DNA of 64,000 nt from Oscillospiraceae bacterium (GTDB lineage: Bacteria; Bacillota; Clostridia; Oscillospirales; JAAYXM01): contig SVMJ01000008.1 of assembly GCA_015067485.1 (NCBI GenBank), positions 3,583-67,582 of the forward strand. The letters run 5' to 3'. The notes beneath the pieces were generated by a model. It was given only the letters and a program-made list of their open reading frames with translations, made no database searches and was not told the DNA's origin. A program made the translations under genes and the position numbers. Shown here in pieces: positions 48,755 through 59,721 of this stretch; position 1 is the stretch's first letter, and each line of letters opens with the position of its first letter.

Positions 48755-49429
48755 ATGAAGGGTAAGGATCAATACGGGCTGTTTGAAGTATTCCGCCCGG
48801 GTTATATGGAAGGGAGTTTCTTCTACAAATTCACATACTGGTTCAAGATGGTGTTTTGGTGTCATTTTCGGTACCATGCACTCTTTATCCTGATTGCAAG
48901 CGTGATGCTCGTGTGGCTTGTATGCGATTTATTCACCGACAATTATCATGATTTGGACTATGTTGTCGCGGGCGAGCAACTCGTGCTGAGTGAGCAGTTA
49001 GAAGAATTGAACGGGCATCTTCTGGAAACGCTTGATGATGTTGACGGCGATGGGAAAGTTACCATTGGTCAGCAGATGCTTTGCACTTATGACGACGGGA
49101 GTACGGACACCGCATATGTGAACGGGCAGAAACTCGGTGTAACTTTTGCAGACGACAACATCGTGCTCTACATCATGGATCAAGACCTGATGGAGTTTTA
49201 TGCATCCGACGGTGCGCTTGCACCGCTTGCGGATTTCGGCATCGTGTCGGACAGTACGTATTACGTCCGCGTGGATGCAAACAAACTCTTCCGTGAAAGC
49301 AAAATCCCATCGGGCAACGGATGGTATATGGCGCTCAAGGTAGTGAATAAAGAGCGTGCAAAGGATGAAAAAATTCAAACAAAATACAGGGAAGCGGCGG
49401 AGATCATTGAGCGTTGTATGATTTCCTAA
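48755..49429 (+). CDS. Membrane-anchored hypothetical protein with a DxDxDG calcium-binding-like loop
   Basis: One N-terminal TM segment; DVDGDGKV; GAGG RBS; preceded by terminator at about 48646-48673. Confidence 0.65.
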   Translation: MKGKDQYGLFEVFRPGYMEGSFFYKFTYWFKMVFWCHFRYHALFILIASVMLVWLVCDLFTDNYHDLDYVVAGEQLVLSEQLEELNGHLLETLDDVDGDGKVTIGQQMLCTYDDGSTDTAYVNGQKLGVTFADDNIVLYIMDQDLMEFYASDGALAPLADFGIVSDSTYYVRVDANKLFRESKIPSGNGWYMALKVVNKERAKDEKIQTKYREAAEIIERCMIS

Positions 49430-49448
49430 GAGAAAGGAGCAGAACGCC

Positions 49449-50204
49449 ATGGCACAACATGTGGAGAGTAAAACCAATGCAAAAGTCAAACATATGCGAA
49501 AACTTGGCGTGAGTCGTGCCTATCGGTATGAGTGCAACTCCTTTTTGTGCGATGGACTAAAACTGCTCGATGAAGCGGCACGGTCGGGTGCAAACATTCG
49601 ACAAGTGTTTGTGGAAGAGACTGAACTTGAAAAACTTCTTTCAGGGCGTGATTGGCTATCTGAAGTTCCTGTCTATACTACGCCGGAGAGTGTCATGCGT
49701 TCCATGAGCTCGCTTGATACGCCGCAGTCGGTTTTATTTGAATGTGAAATGAATCTGTGCGCGTTTTGCGCAAAACCACGCATGATTTTGCTTGACCGGT
49801 TGCAGGATGTAGGCAATATCGGAACCATCATCCGCACCGCAGATGCGTTTTCGCTCTCAGGTGTGGTACTGGACGGTTGTGCTGATCCGTATAATCCGAA
49901 AACCGTGCGCGCTGCAATGGGCTCGATTTTCCGTGTTCCGCTAATGGAGTGCGACTGTCTTTCTGCAATTGATGCATATCGAGCGGCAGACGTTTCCGTC
50001 TATGCCGCGGTTTTAAGCGATACCGCCAAAAGCGTTTGTGCAATTGACTTGAAACGCGCGGCGGTCGTTGTTGGAAATGAAGGCGCAGGTGTGCGCGCGG
50101 AAGTCGCATCTTCTTGCGAGAATCTGATTATCCCGATGAGCGGGCAGGCGGAATCGCTGAATGTTGCGGTTGCTGCGGGAATTTTGATTTGGCAAATGAG
50201 TTGA
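49449..50204 (+). CDS. TrmH/SpoU-family RNA methyltransferase
   Basis: LQDVGNIGTIIRTADA, VGNEGAG, IPMSGQAESLNVAVAA. Confidence 0.93.
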   Translation: MAQHVESKTNAKVKHMRKLGVSRAYRYECNSFLCDGLKLLDEAARSGANIRQVFVEETELEKLLSGRDWLSEVPVYTTPESVMRSMSSLDTPQSVLFECEMNLCAFCAKPRMILLDRLQDVGNIGTIIRTADAFSLSGVVLDGCADPYNPKTVRAAMGSIFRVPLMECDCLSAIDAYRAADVSVYAAVLSDTAKSVCAIDLKRAAVVVGNEGAGVRAEVASSCENLIIPMSGQAESLNVAVAAGILIWQMS

Positions 50205-50207
50205 GGG

Positions 50208-51305
50208 GTGTTCACTTTGCACGAGTATTGGCTTTGGTTTGCAAATCTGAATATCAATCCACACGGAAAGAAACGCCTGCTTGAGCGGTTTGGAACCGTG
50301 GATAAGATTTACGATGCGAGGGCTCACGAATGCCGCGAAGTGATCGGGTTGACAAAGAATGATCTTGAAGCACTTTCCAATAAATCCATGCGCGCGGCAA
50401 AGAAAATCCTATCGGATTGCGAGCGGATTGGGGCTCAAATCTTAACGTTTGACTCACCCGAATATCCGAATTTACTTCGCGAAATCCCGATGCCTCCGTA
50501 TGTGTTATATATACGCGGGACATTCCCGAACCTGGATGAAAAACTCGGAATCTCGATTGTCGGAACGCGAAAAGCGGACAAGTCGGGACTCGATATCGCT
50601 CATCGTTTTGCGGAAGAACTCACCAATGCGGGAGCATACGTGATATCGGGTATGGCAGAAGGAATTGATGGTGCGGCAAACAGCGGCGCTCTTGCGACCG
50701 GCGGTGCAACCCTTGCGGTTTTGGGTTGCGGTGTGGATGTTGTGTATCCGACTCATCACGAACGTTTGATGCGTGAAATCATCGACCGTGGCGCGGTAGT
50801 AAGTGAATATCCTCCTGGAACACGCCCACTCGGATTTCATTTTCCCGTTCGCAACCGTATCTTGAGTGGACTCGCGCGCGGTGTTCTTGCAATTCAAGTC
50901 CCCATCAAAAGCGGTGCACGTATCACGGTTGATTTTGCGATGCAGCAAAACCGTGATGTATTCGTGGTGCCGGGCAGTATCGACTCAAAACTCTATGTTA
51001 CGAGTAACCGTCTGATTCAAGACGGCGCGAAAATGGTACTCTGTACAAATGATATTTTAGAAGAATATCAGTCAAGATTTCCGAATATCAGATTGTGCAC
51101 GCCGAAAAACGGAGTGTCGGAGAAACACAACTTCTCTCCGGAAGAACAGAAGATCGTGGATGCGGTTGAGTTTCAGGATCTGTCGGTCGATGAGATCATT
51201 CGCGAGACCGGAATGGATGCACAGACGGTTTTGGCAACATTGACTATGCTCGAACTACAGGGCGTTCTCACGCAGGATGCAGGGAAACGCTTTCATTTGA
51301 AATAA
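50208..51305 (+). CDS. dprA: DNA-processing protein DprA
   Basis: IVGTR, ISGMAEGID, AVLGCG, FPVRNRILSG; upstream of topA. Confidence 0.95.
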   Translation: MFTLHEYWLWFANLNINPHGKKRLLERFGTVDKIYDARAHECREVIGLTKNDLEALSNKSMRAAKKILSDCERIGAQILTFDSPEYPNLLREIPMPPYVLYIRGTFPNLDEKLGISIVGTRKADKSGLDIAHRFAEELTNAGAYVISGMAEGIDGAANSGALATGGATLAVLGCGVDVVYPTHHERLMREIIDRGAVVSEYPPGTRPLGFHFPVRNRILSGLARGVLAIQVPIKSGARITVDFAMQQNRDVFVVPGSIDSKLYVTSNRLIQDGAKMVLCTNDILEEYQSRFPNIRLCTPKNGVSEKHNFSPEEQKIVDAVEFQDLSVDEIIRETGMDAQTVLATLTMLELQGVLTQDAGKRFHLK

Positions 51306-51328
51306 GGATTTTGAGGTGGAGAAACAAT

Positions 51329-53503
51329 ATGTCTTATCTTGTGATCGTGGAATCGCCCGCAAAGGCGAAGACCATCGGGAAATATCTCGGGAAAAACTAT
51401 AAAGTAAAAGCGTCGATGGGACATCTGCGTGACTTGCCGAAAAGTCAGCTCGGGGTGGATATCGAAGCAGGGTTTGAACCGAAGTACCAAGCCATCAAAG
51501 GCAAGGGCGATCTCATCAAAGAACTGCGTAAATTGGCGGCATCCAGCGATGGCGTCTTTCTCGCAACCGACCCGGACCGCGAAGGTGAAGCGATTTCCTG
51601 GCACTTGCAGGAACTGTTAAAACTCGACCCCGCAACCACAAAGCGCGTAACGTTCAATGAAATCACCAAAAAGGTGGTCAAGGAAAGCATTGAAAATCCG
51701 CGTGAGATCGATGCAAACTTAGTCGACGCACAACAGGCGCGCCGTATTTTGGACCGTATTGTGGGTTATAAACTTTCTCCGCTTCTGTGGAGAAAGATTC
51801 GCCGCGGACTTTCCGCAGGGCGTGTGCAATCGGTTGCAACTCGCCTGGTGGTCGACCGCGAAAACGAAATTCGCGCGTTCACTCCGCGCGAATACTGGTC
51901 GCTTGATGCGAAATTCTTGCGCGTGGCTCCGAATGTCGGAGAATTTGAAGCGCATTTCCACGGAACCGAAGATGGGAAACTCGATCCCGCATCTTTGGAA
52001 CAAACTCAGAAAATCATGGCAGCGGTGGAGAAATCCAGCCCGTTTGTCAAACTCATCAAACGCGGAGAAAAGCAGAAATCGCCTGCGGCTCCGTTTATCA
52101 CTTCCACGCTCCAGCAGGAAGCATCCCGCAAACTCGGGATGCCGCCGCGCCGTACCATGGCGATTGCACAGCAGTTGTATGAAGGTGTTGACATCGCAGG
52201 GCACGGCATGACCGGTCTGATTACCTATATGCGTACCGACTCGCTCCGTATTTCCACCGAAGCGGTCATGGCGGCACGCGATTACATCAAGGAAGTTTAC
52301 GGGGCTGAATATTGCCCGACTTCTTTCCGCGTGTACAAGACCAAAAGTAACGCGCAGGATGCGCACGAAGCCATCCGTCCGACCTCGGTTATTCTCACAC
52401 CGGACAGTATCCGCGAGAGCTTGACGGGCGAGCAGTATAAATTGTATAAGATGATTTGGTCGCGCTTTGTTGCGTGCCAGATGACAAACTCGGTTTACGA
52501 CACGCTGAGCGTGGACATCGGGGCGGGGGAATATATCTTCCGTGCGACCAGCCAGCAGATGAAGTTCAAAGGCTTTGCGGCGGTTTATGTAGAAGGTCGC
52601 GACGAGGAAGAAGTTGAAAAAAACGCAACCCTTCCGGAACTCAATATGGGCGAGCCGCTCACGATCGAAGCACTTGATCCCGAACAACACTTTACCCAGC
52701 CGCCTGCCCGTTATACCGAGGCGAGTCTCATTCGTGCGATGGAAGAAAAAGGGATCGGGCGTCCGAGTACCTATGCCCCGACCATTTCGACCATCTTGGA
52801 CCGTGAATATGTGGTGAAAGCAGACCGCGCACTTCGACCGACCACACTCGGCGAAGTAGTCAATACTTTGATGACCGAGCGCTTCCCTGATATTATCGAC
52901 GTGGAATTCACCGCAAGTATGGAAGAAAATCTCGACCGAATCGAGTCAGGTGAAGTCAACTGGAAGCAGACCTTGCAGGATTTCTATGGTGGTTTTGCGG
53001 AGAATCTTGAGAAAGCGGAAGCCGCGCTCAAAGATGAACGCATCAAAGTCCCCGAAGAAGAGACCGATGTGGTCTGCGAACTTTGTGGTCGTAAAATGGT
53101 GGTCAAAAGCGGACGCTTCGGTAAGTTCCTTGCGTGCCCAGGCTACCCCGAATGCAAAAATACCAAAGCCATCGTGGAAGAAACCCCGGGTGAATGCCCG
53201 ATTTGCGCTGGCAAGATTCTCAAGAAAAAATCCAAGAACGGGTACGTCTATTACGGATGTGAAAAATTCCCGACTTGTACCTTTATGACTTGGGATGTTC
53301 CGCAAAAAGACCGTTGCGATCTGTGCGGCAAGACTTTGTTCAAACGCTCGTTTGGGCGCGGAAAAGGCGCAACCAAGAAACTGGTCTGTGCAAATGAGCA
53401 ATGTGAAAATTTTGTCCCGCAGGAAGTCCGCGAAAAGAAAGAGACCACGAAAAAGACCGCGACAAAGAAAACAACCAAGAAGAGCGCGAAAAAGGAGTCC
53501 TAA
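51329..53503 (+). CDS. topA: DNA topoisomerase I
   Basis: [36 protein letters not shown]-terminal zinc ribbons, Lys-rich tail. Confidence 0.98.
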   Translation: MSYLVIVESPAKAKTIGKYLGKNYKVKASMGHLRDLPKSQLGVDIEAGFEPKYQAIKGKGDLIKELRKLAASSDGVFLATDPDREGEAISWHLQELLKLDPATTKRVTFNEITKKVVKESIENPREIDANLVDAQQARRILDRIVGYKLSPLLWRKIRRGLSAGRVQSVATRLVVDRENEIRAFTPREYWSLDAKFLRVAPNVGEFEAHFHGTEDGKLDPASLEQTQKIMAAVEKSSPFVKLIKRGEKQKSPAAPFITSTLQQEASRKLGMPPRRTMAIAQQLYEGVDIAGHGMTGLITYMRTDSLRISTEAVMAARDYIKEVYGAEYCPTSFRVYKTKSNAQDAHEAIRPTSVILTPDSIRESLTGEQYKLYKMIWSRFVACQMTNSVYDTLSVDIGAGEYIFRATSQQMKFKGFAAVYVEGRDEEEVEKNATLPELNMGEPLTIEALDPEQHFTQPPARYTEASLIRAMEEKGIGRPSTYAPTISTILDREYVVKADRALRPTTLGEVVNTLMTERFPDIIDVEFTASMEENLDRIESGEVNWKQTLQDFYGGFAENLEKAEAALKDERIKVPEEETDVVCELCGRKMVVKSGRFGKFLACPGYPECKNTKAIVEETPGECPICAGKILKKKSKNGYVYYGCEKFPTCTFMTWDVPQKDRCDLCGKTLFKRSFGRGKGATKKLVCANEQCENFVPQEVREKKETTKKTATKKTTKKSAKKES

Positions 53504-53504
53504 T

Positions 53505-54806
53505 ATGCTGAAAGCAACTGTGATCGGTGCAGGTTTGGCAGGTTGTGAAGCCGCGTGGCAACTTGCAGAAGCCGGCATCCGGGTCACATTGATCGAAATG
53601 AAGCCAAACCGTATGACACCGGCGCACCACAGTTCCGATATGGCGGAATTGGTGTGTTCCAATTCTCTGCGGAGCGACCAGTTGGAAAACGCGGTCGGTC
53701 TGCTGAAAGAAGAACTGCGCCACTTCGGCTCTTGTATCATGGCGTGTGCGGATGCAACCCGTGTCCCTGCAGGCGGCGCGCTTGCGGTGGACCGTGAAGG
53801 GTTTTCCGCACTTGTTACAAAACGCATTTCCGAGCATGAGAATATCACGGTCGAGCGTCGTGAAGTTGTGGAGTTTCCGCAAGAGCGTCCGGTCATCATT
53901 GCAACCGGTCCGCTCACAAGTGATGCGCTTGCGGGAGAAATCGCGAAATTTTTCGGCGATGCTGAGTATTTAAGTTTCTACGATGCCGCAGCCCCCATCG
54001 TGAGTGCGGACAGTATCGATATGGAATCTGCTTATTTTGCTTCCCGTTACGGAAGAGGTACGCCCGATTACATCAACTGCCCGATGAGTGAAGAAGAATA
54101 CCGCGCGTTTTGGGAAGCGCTTACCGAAGCGGAAGAAGCGGAAGTGCACGGTTTTGAAGACAAGCGTGTATTTGAAGGCTGTATGCCGGTGGAAGTGATG
54201 GCACGCCGCGGGGCAGAAACCCTGCTCTTCGGACCGCTCAAGCCCGTCGGACTTCCTGACCCGAAGACGGGGAAAGACCCGTTTGCGGTGGTTCAGCTCA
54301 GAAAAGACAATGGCGCAGGCAGTTTGTATAATCTGGTGGGATTTCAGACACATTTGAAGTTCCCTGAACAGAAGCGGGTGTTCTCTATGATTCCCGCGCT
54401 GAAAAATGCGGAGTTTGTTCGCTACGGTGTCATGCACCGCAATACATTCCTCAATTCACCGCGGCTTTTGTGCGATGACTTTTCCGCACGCATTGACCGA
54501 AATGTGTTCTTCGCAGGGCAAATGACCGGGGTGGAAGGATATGTGGAATCCACCGCGTCGGGTTTGGTCGCCGGTCGCGCTCTGGCGAGAAAACTTTTGG
54601 GGAAGGAGCCGATTTCTTATCCGAAAGAGACTGCAATCGGTGCACTTTCCGCGTACATTAGTGATGAAGCAATCGAAAAATTCCAACCGATGAATATTAA
54701 CTTCGGTTTGATGCCGCCGCTTGGCTACCGCGTAAAAGGGAAGCGAAACAAAAACGCGGAACTCTCCAAGCGTGCACTCGAAGCACTTGAGCAAATGGAG
54801 GGATAA
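53505..54806 (+). CDS. trmFO: Folate/FAD-dependent tRNA U54 methyltransferase
   Basis: [35 protein letters not shown]; start moved to ATG 53505 after AAGGAG. Confidence 0.96.
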   Translation: MLKATVIGAGLAGCEAAWQLAEAGIRVTLIEMKPNRMTPAHHSSDMAELVCSNSLRSDQLENAVGLLKEELRHFGSCIMACADATRVPAGGALAVDREGFSALVTKRISEHENITVERREVVEFPQERPVIIATGPLTSDALAGEIAKFFGDAEYLSFYDAAAPIVSADSIDMESAYFASRYGRGTPDYINCPMSEEEYRAFWEALTEAEEAEVHGFEDKRVFEGCMPVEVMARRGAETLLFGPLKPVGLPDPKTGKDPFAVVQLRKDNGAGSLYNLVGFQTHLKFPEQKRVFSMIPALKNAEFVRYGVMHRNTFLNSPRLLCDDFSARIDRNVFFAGQMTGVEGYVESTASGLVAGRALARKLLGKEPISYPKETAIGALSAYISDEAIEKFQPMNINFGLMPPLGYRVKGKRNKNAELSKRALEALEQMEG

Positions 54807-54811
54807 AACGG

Positions 54812-55804
54812 ATGAGAATTATCGTTGACGCGATGGGTGGAGACCATGCGCCGGATGAGATCGTGCGCGGTGCTCTGCTTGCGAAAAAAGAATACGGGTT
54901 TGAAATCGTTTTGGTGGGGGATGAAGAACGCATCCGTCCGCTTGTCGGAAGTGAAGATGTTACCGTCATCCACGCGTCGGACGCGGTTACCATGGAAGAT
55001 GACCCGACCACGGTTTTGCGCGCAAAGAAGGATGCATCTATGTTCGTCGCACTCCGCGCCCTTGCAAATGGGGAAGGTGATGCGGTTGTGAGCGCAGGTA
55101 ATACCGGTGCACTCCTTGTCGGGGCGACCATGCTGGTCAAACGCATCCGTGGCATCCGCCGTGCCGCTTTGGCACTCACCATGCCCACCGCAACCGGGAA
55201 ATGTATGCTGGTGGACTGTGGCGCAAATGTAGAATGCACACCAGCATATCTTCAACAGTTTGCGCTGATGGGCAGTTACTATGCCGAGCGTGTGCTGAAA
55301 ATCGAAAATCCGCGCGTTGCACTGCTCAACAACGGCACCGAAGACCACAAGGGCCGTGAACTTGAGCGTGAGACCAATGCGTTGCTCAAGGAGACACAGA
55401 AAAATTACATCGGGAACCTGGAAGCACGCGAAGTGGTCATGGGTGGCGCAGACGTTGTGGTTACCGATGGATTTACCGGAAATGTTCTGCTCAAAACCGT
55501 GGAAGGCGCAGGACTCTTCTTTGCAGGCATGATCAAAGGCATGTTTAAAAAGAACCTGCTCACCAAACTCAGCGCACTCGCGGTGAAAAGCGGCATTATG
55601 GAACTCAAGTCTAAGATGGATTACAATGAAACCGGCGGCACTCCGCTGATGGGGCTTTCCCGTGCGGTCATCAAAGCCCACGGTTCTTCCAAGGCAGTCA
55701 GTATGAAAAATGCGATCCGCATCGCGGCAGAGTATGTGAACACCGGCATCATTGCAGACATCACGCGCGATATTGCAAAGCTCACCGTTGAAGGCGAAGA
55801 ATAG
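54812..55804 (+). CDS. plsX: Phosphate acyltransferase PlsX
   Basis: DAMGGDHAP, SAGNTGA, DCGAN, DGFTGN, KAHGSS. Confidence 0.96.
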   Translation: MRIIVDAMGGDHAPDEIVRGALLAKKEYGFEIVLVGDEERIRPLVGSEDVTVIHASDAVTMEDDPTTVLRAKKDASMFVALRALANGEGDAVVSAGNTGALLVGATMLVKRIRGIRRAALALTMPTATGKCMLVDCGANVECTPAYLQQFALMGSYYAERVLKIENPRVALLNNGTEDHKGRELERETNALLKETQKNYIGNLEAREVVMGGADVVVTDGFTGNVLLKTVEGAGLFFAGMIKGMFKKNLLTKLSALAVKSGIMELKSKMDYNETGGTPLMGLSRAVIKAHGSSKAVSMKNAIRIAAEYVNTGIIADITRDIAKLTVEGEE

Positions 55805-55815
55805 GAGACTGTATC

Positions 55816-56499
55816 GTGAAGGAATTGCAGAAAACAATCGGCTATGAGTTTCGAGATAAAACACTTCTGAATACCGCACTTTCGCACAGCTCCTTCGTCA
55901 ACGAATGTAAGACAAAAAACTGTGTGAGCAACGAGCGTTTGGAATTCTTGGGTGACTCGGTACTCGGAGTTATCACCGCGACTTATTTATACCACGCATT
56001 CCCGGATGTCATGGAAGGGGAACTGACCAAAATGCGCTCCGCCTTGGTTTGTGAAGGTGCGCTTTGTGCCCGTGCCCGCGAAATCTCACTTGGGGACTAT
56101 TTGCGCTTGGGTCGTGGGGAAGAAAGCGGCGGCGGAAGACAGCGTGATTCCATCCTGGCGGATGCTTTTGAAGCAGTCATTGGCGCGATTTACTTAGACG
56201 GCGGGGAAGAACCTGCGCGCAAATTCATCCATAAATTCGTGATTGGCGGTGCGGGCGAGGTGGATCCGCACGCGATCCGTGATTACAAAACCGCTCTGCA
56301 GGAAATCGTGCAGAAGAACCCGGGCGAGAGTCTTTCTTATCGCACACTCGGTACTTGTGGACCCGACCATGATAAAAAGTTCCAGGTGGAAGTGCTACTC
56401 AATAGCAACGTGATTGGACAGGGCGAAGGACACAGTAAAAAAGAAGCCGAACAAATGGCGGCAAAAAAAGCGCTTGCGCTCATGGGCATCGAGCGTTGA
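55816..56499 (+). CDS. rnc: Ribonuclease III
   Basis: NERLEFLGDSVL, ADAFEA, dsRBD DYKTALQE..SKKEAEQ. Confidence 0.97.
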   Translation: MKELQKTIGYEFRDKTLLNTALSHSSFVNECKTKNCVSNERLEFLGDSVLGVITATYLYHAFPDVMEGELTKMRSALVCEGALCARAREISLGDYLRLGRGEESGGGRQRDSILADAFEAVIGAIYLDGGEEPARKFIHKFVIGGAGEVDPHAIRDYKTALQEIVQKNPGESLSYRTLGTCGPDHDKKFQVEVLLNSNVIGQGEGHSKKEAEQMAAKKALALMGIER

Positions 56500-57473
56500 G
56501 AAACTCAATTTTACCGATTTTCTTATCCCATCAGGGTTGTCCGCACCAATGCGTTTTTTGTGACCAAACTGCGATTGCGGGGCAATCGGTTGCACCTGCA
56601 GATGTTTCAAGAATCATCGAAGAAGGTCTTGTAAAGTGCGCTCCGAAGATTCCGCAAGTGGCATTCTACGGGGGCAGCTTTACCGCGCTCCCTGAAAAAG
56701 AACAAACCGAGTTTTTGGATGCGGTACGTCCGTTTTTGGATGCGGGAAAAGTTTGCGGCATCCGTCTCTCCACAAGACCCGATGCGATCGATGAAACGAT
56801 TGCAAAACGGCTCAAAGCGGCAGGTGTGACAGAAGTAGAACTCGGCGCGCAGTCGATGGAAGATGCGGCGTTGAAAGCATCGGGGCGCGGGCATACCGCG
56901 ACTGACACGGTATCGGCGGTACGGATTTTGAAGGAATACGGATTTTCAGTGGTTCTGCAAATGATGGTGGGACTTCCCGGTGAACAGAACTCGATCTATA
57001 CTGCGCGGGAAATTGTCAAATTATCTCCCGATGCAGTACGTATCTACCCGATCGCGGTGGTAAAAGGAACACCTTTGGAGAGATTGTGGCGAGACGGAAA
57101 GTATGTCCCACTCACGCTCGAGCAAGGCGTCGAGATTTGCGCCAAACTTTCCGGGCTGTTTGAAGAACATCATATCCCTGTGATCCGTATGGGGCTGAAC
57201 CCGAGTGAAACACTCGAGCAATCGGTGTGCGCAGGAGTATATCATCCTGCGTTTGGTGAGTTGGTTTTATCGGCACAGTATTACCAAAAAGCGCGAGGGC
57301 TTTTACAAGGGATACAGGGGAAAGTAACACTCATCGTGCCCCGTGGGCATACCTCCCGTATGGTGGGACAGAAACGGGAGAACATCCTGCGTTTGGAGCG
57401 TGAAATTGGCGTTCAGATTGCAGTCAAAGAAGGAAATGTTCTGAATATGGAAATTGAAAGGGCATCGTGCTGA
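56496..57473 (+). CDS. Radical SAM protein (Elp3/YhcC-like, no acetyltransferase domain)
   Basis: GCPHQCVFC, AFYGGSFT, STRPD, ELGAQS. Confidence 0.88.
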   Translation: MRNSILPIFLSHQGCPHQCVFCDQTAIAGQSVAPADVSRIIEEGLVKCAPKIPQVAFYGGSFTALPEKEQTEFLDAVRPFLDAGKVCGIRLSTRPDAIDETIAKRLKAAGVTEVELGAQSMEDAALKASGRGHTATDTVSAVRILKEYGFSVVLQMMVGLPGEQNSIYTAREIVKLSPDAVRIYPIAVVKGTPLERLWRDGKYVPLTLEQGVEICAKLSGLFEEHHIPVIRMGLNPSETLEQSVCAGVYHPAFGELVLSAQYYQKARGLLQGIQGKVTLIVPRGHTSRMVGQKRENILRLEREIGVQIAVKEGNVLNMEIERASC

Positions 57474-57491
57474 GGCACGATGCCCTTTTTT
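57457..57491. terminator. Terminator between convergent genes
   Basis: aaagggcatcgtgc-tgag-gcacgatgccctttttt. Confidence 0.8.
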
Positions 57492-57496
57492 GCTGC

Positions 57497-58327
57497 CTAT
57501 TTGCAACAACCGATGTCTGTGTAATCTTCGTTGAAGTCGCAAATGTTCGGGGGGAAGAATTGGTCAAGCGGGAATTTGATTTTGCGGAACAAATCACACG
57601 GGGAGGATGAATCGCTATTTGAACTGACACATTCCTTATCCGGGATGCAGAAGTCAAAGCTCGGCATGAGAAGCTGGGTTTCGCGCTCGAGGCGCACGAT
57701 GGAGAACTGTCCCAAAGTAACATAGATGCGTTTGCAATCGCCGCCGACTACGATGTCATCACAGAAGCAGTCGGTGATGCACTTGGGCAGATCACACAAG
57801 GTCTCGCAGGGGCACGGGCACTTGCACGGGTCGATCAGTTTCATGTTGAGACAGACCGGGTCGAGTGCTTCCACAACACCGATGGGCATATTCGTTCCGC
57901 ACTTGCACACATCTGCAGAACAACACGGTGTTTTCGAGTCAAAGGTACGTACACTTCCGTCGCTGCCGAACAGGATCACGCGCTTTTCATAAACAGCGAG
58001 ACCGCACACTTCCTGCGGACGGCTGTTGCAGACGGTTGCTTCTGCGGTGATGCGATAGAAGAATTTGATGTCGACCGAATAGAAGCCACGGTTGAATGTA
58101 ACTTCCTGAACATCGATCTGGGTCCAGAGCAGTTCGGATTTACGACATTTTACCGAAGAGGCACATTCGATGATTTCCTGGCTTGCGCGTGTCGGGAAAA
58201 CACGCAGGTCTTCGATACACTCTTTGTCACGGCAGGAATCATAAATGCGTTTGGTGTGGATACACACGGCTTCGCGGATCGGCGGAGTGTTTCCGCAAAT
58301 CGGGCCGGGTAATACCTTGTCAGGCAT
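57497..58327 (-). CDS. Cysteine-rich putative spore coat/exosporium protein
   Basis: 28 Cys in 276 aa; CIHTKRIYDSCRDKEC; sigma-K-like promoter; next to ger operon. Confidence 0.7.
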   Translation of the reverse strand: MPDKVLPGPICGNTPPIREAVCIHTKRIYDSCRDKECIEDLRVFPTRASQEIIECASSVKCRKSELLWTQIDVQEVTFNRGFYSVDIKFFYRITAEATVCNSRPQEVCGLAVYEKRVILFGSDGSVRTFDSKTPCCSADVCKCGTNMPIGVVEALDPVCLNMKLIDPCKCPCPCETLCDLPKCITDCFCDDIVVGGDCKRIYVTLGQFSIVRLERETQLLMPSFDFCIPDKECVSSNSDSSSPCDLFRKIKFPLDQFFPPNICDFNEDYTDIGCCK

Positions 58328-58370
58328 TGCAATACCTCCTGTTGCATGTTTTGAAGATCACCTTCAGTAC

Positions 58371-58397
58371 AGTCTATGCAAGGAAGTAAAAACGGTG
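58371..58397 (-). promoter_or_regulatory. Sigma-K-like sporulation promoter
   Basis: Minus strand CAC-N16-CATAGACT fits AC-N16-CATAnnnT. Confidence 0.5.
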
Positions 58398-58407
58398 AAA
58401 AAAACGC

Positions 58408-59499
58408 CTATTTTGAACCAAGCGTGTGCTTGTTTTTTCGTTTTGCCACGCTGAGCAGATAGATGAGGACGGGTAACAGTACTTGCAGGGGAAGTGCAAC
58501 CGCAAGTGAAAAATCGGATTCCAGTCTGGTGCGTAAAGAGAGCATATCGCGGTATAACACTTGTGTTATACCTGCGAGAAAGATTCCAAGCGGGAATACG
58601 ATTGCGCGGTAATCGGGAAGCGCAAGAAAGTGCCTCAGTGCATTTGCAATGAAATAAAGCGCGAGCGAAACGCGGAAAAAGATCACCAGGGTCATCGAGA
58701 CCGATGAGAGTATTTCAAGATGCTGAATAAAATTTCCCACGCCGCGGATGGAAAGTACGGTGAAGACCGGATAGGAATCCGACAAGATCCCACGTTCACC
58801 CAATGTCATGACGGTAATCAAGGAAATTACGGTAAGAACCAAAGAGGTAGATGCTACGCCAAGGGGGATCGCGCGGGATGATTTTTTCTCAGACAAATGC
58901 GGATACAAAACAGTCAGCAAAAGCAGATCACCGAGTTGGTTTGTAAATACCGAGAGCGCACCACGCAGGAGTCCGAGCGGCTCGTTCGGGATAAGGGGAA
59001 GGAGTGCGTCGGGGGAGAGAAAGTTGATTCCGAGTAGTGAGAACACCAAGAACACCGCGAATACAAAAAGAATCGTAAAACTTCCCACACGTGCAATCGT
59101 TCCGATGCCCGCACGACAGGAACGAATCCCGATGAGAATGATCAGAGTGGGTAGGATCACGGTGGGGGTTTGGGAAAGCGCGGTGAGCTGATTGAACCGA
59201 CCGAAAATCGAAAGGGAAGTCGCAATGCTCAGAAATGCATAGAGCGCCAGAATCAGCGTGATGAGTTTTCCGAGCGGTCGGGAAAATAATGTTTCAAGCG
59301 TCTCAAAAAAATCGTGCTTATGATGCATTGCACGGGCGAGCAAAAACGCAACAAATGTGGCAAGCAGTCCTGCAATCAGGTAGCAAAGCCAGACGAATCG
59401 GCCACAACCAGACGCGAAAAGCAGGCTGTAGCAGTTCCCTGTCAAAAACAAGAAACTGAGAAGAAACGCAGAGCGGGGAGAGATAGCATCAAGTTTCAT
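58408..59499 (-). CDS. Spore germination receptor B subunit (GerAB/GerKB family)
   Basis: About 10 TM segments; LSQTP, GIGTIAR, YP.F....I..GNFIQHLE; operon context. Confidence 0.85.
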   Translation of the reverse strand: MKLDAISPRSAFLLSFLFLTGNCYSLLFASGCGRFVWLCYLIAGLLATFVAFLLARAMHHKHDFFETLETLFSRPLGKLITLILALYAFLSIATSLSIFGRFNQLTALSQTPTVILPTLIILIGIRSCRAGIGTIARVGSFTILFVFAVFLVFSLLGINFLSPDALLPLIPNEPLGLLRGALSVFTNQLGDLLLLTVLYPHLSEKKSSRAIPLGVASTSLVLTVISLITVMTLGERGILSDSYPVFTVLSIRGVGNFIQHLEILSSVSMTLVIFFRVSLALYFIANALRHFLALPDYRAIVFPLGIFLAGITQVLYRDMLSLRTRLESDFSLAVALPLQVLLPVLIYLLSVAKRKNKHTLGSK

Positions 59500-59511
59500 A
59501 AGTTCCTCCTG

Positions 59512-59721
59512 TCAGGAGATGAAGAGTGAGAGCGCTGAACTCAGCGCGGTACCTCCGTGGTCGATTTGCATCCGATGTGCGGCGGGGAATGCGGAAAGGA
59601 GCGCAAGTGCGGAAAGGAACAGATACAGTGCCTGCTCTTTTTTTGTCATGTGCCGACGGGATGCAAACCAGTCTGTCAGTAACAGAATCAGAAAGAGTAG
59701 CGGGATGAGAATATAATTCAT
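59512..59721 (-). CDS. Small membrane protein within ger operon
   Basis: 69 aa with two hydrophobic segments; ATGA overlap with gerC stop. Confidence 0.6.
   Translation of the reverse strand: MNYILIPLLFLILLLTDWFASRRHMTKKEQALYLFLSALALLSAFPAAHRMQIDHGGTALSSALSLFIS

Noticed and set aside
53295-53504. 70-aa N-terminal extension of trmFO
   Set aside because: Overlaps topA; the true start with RBS and Rossmann motif is at 53505
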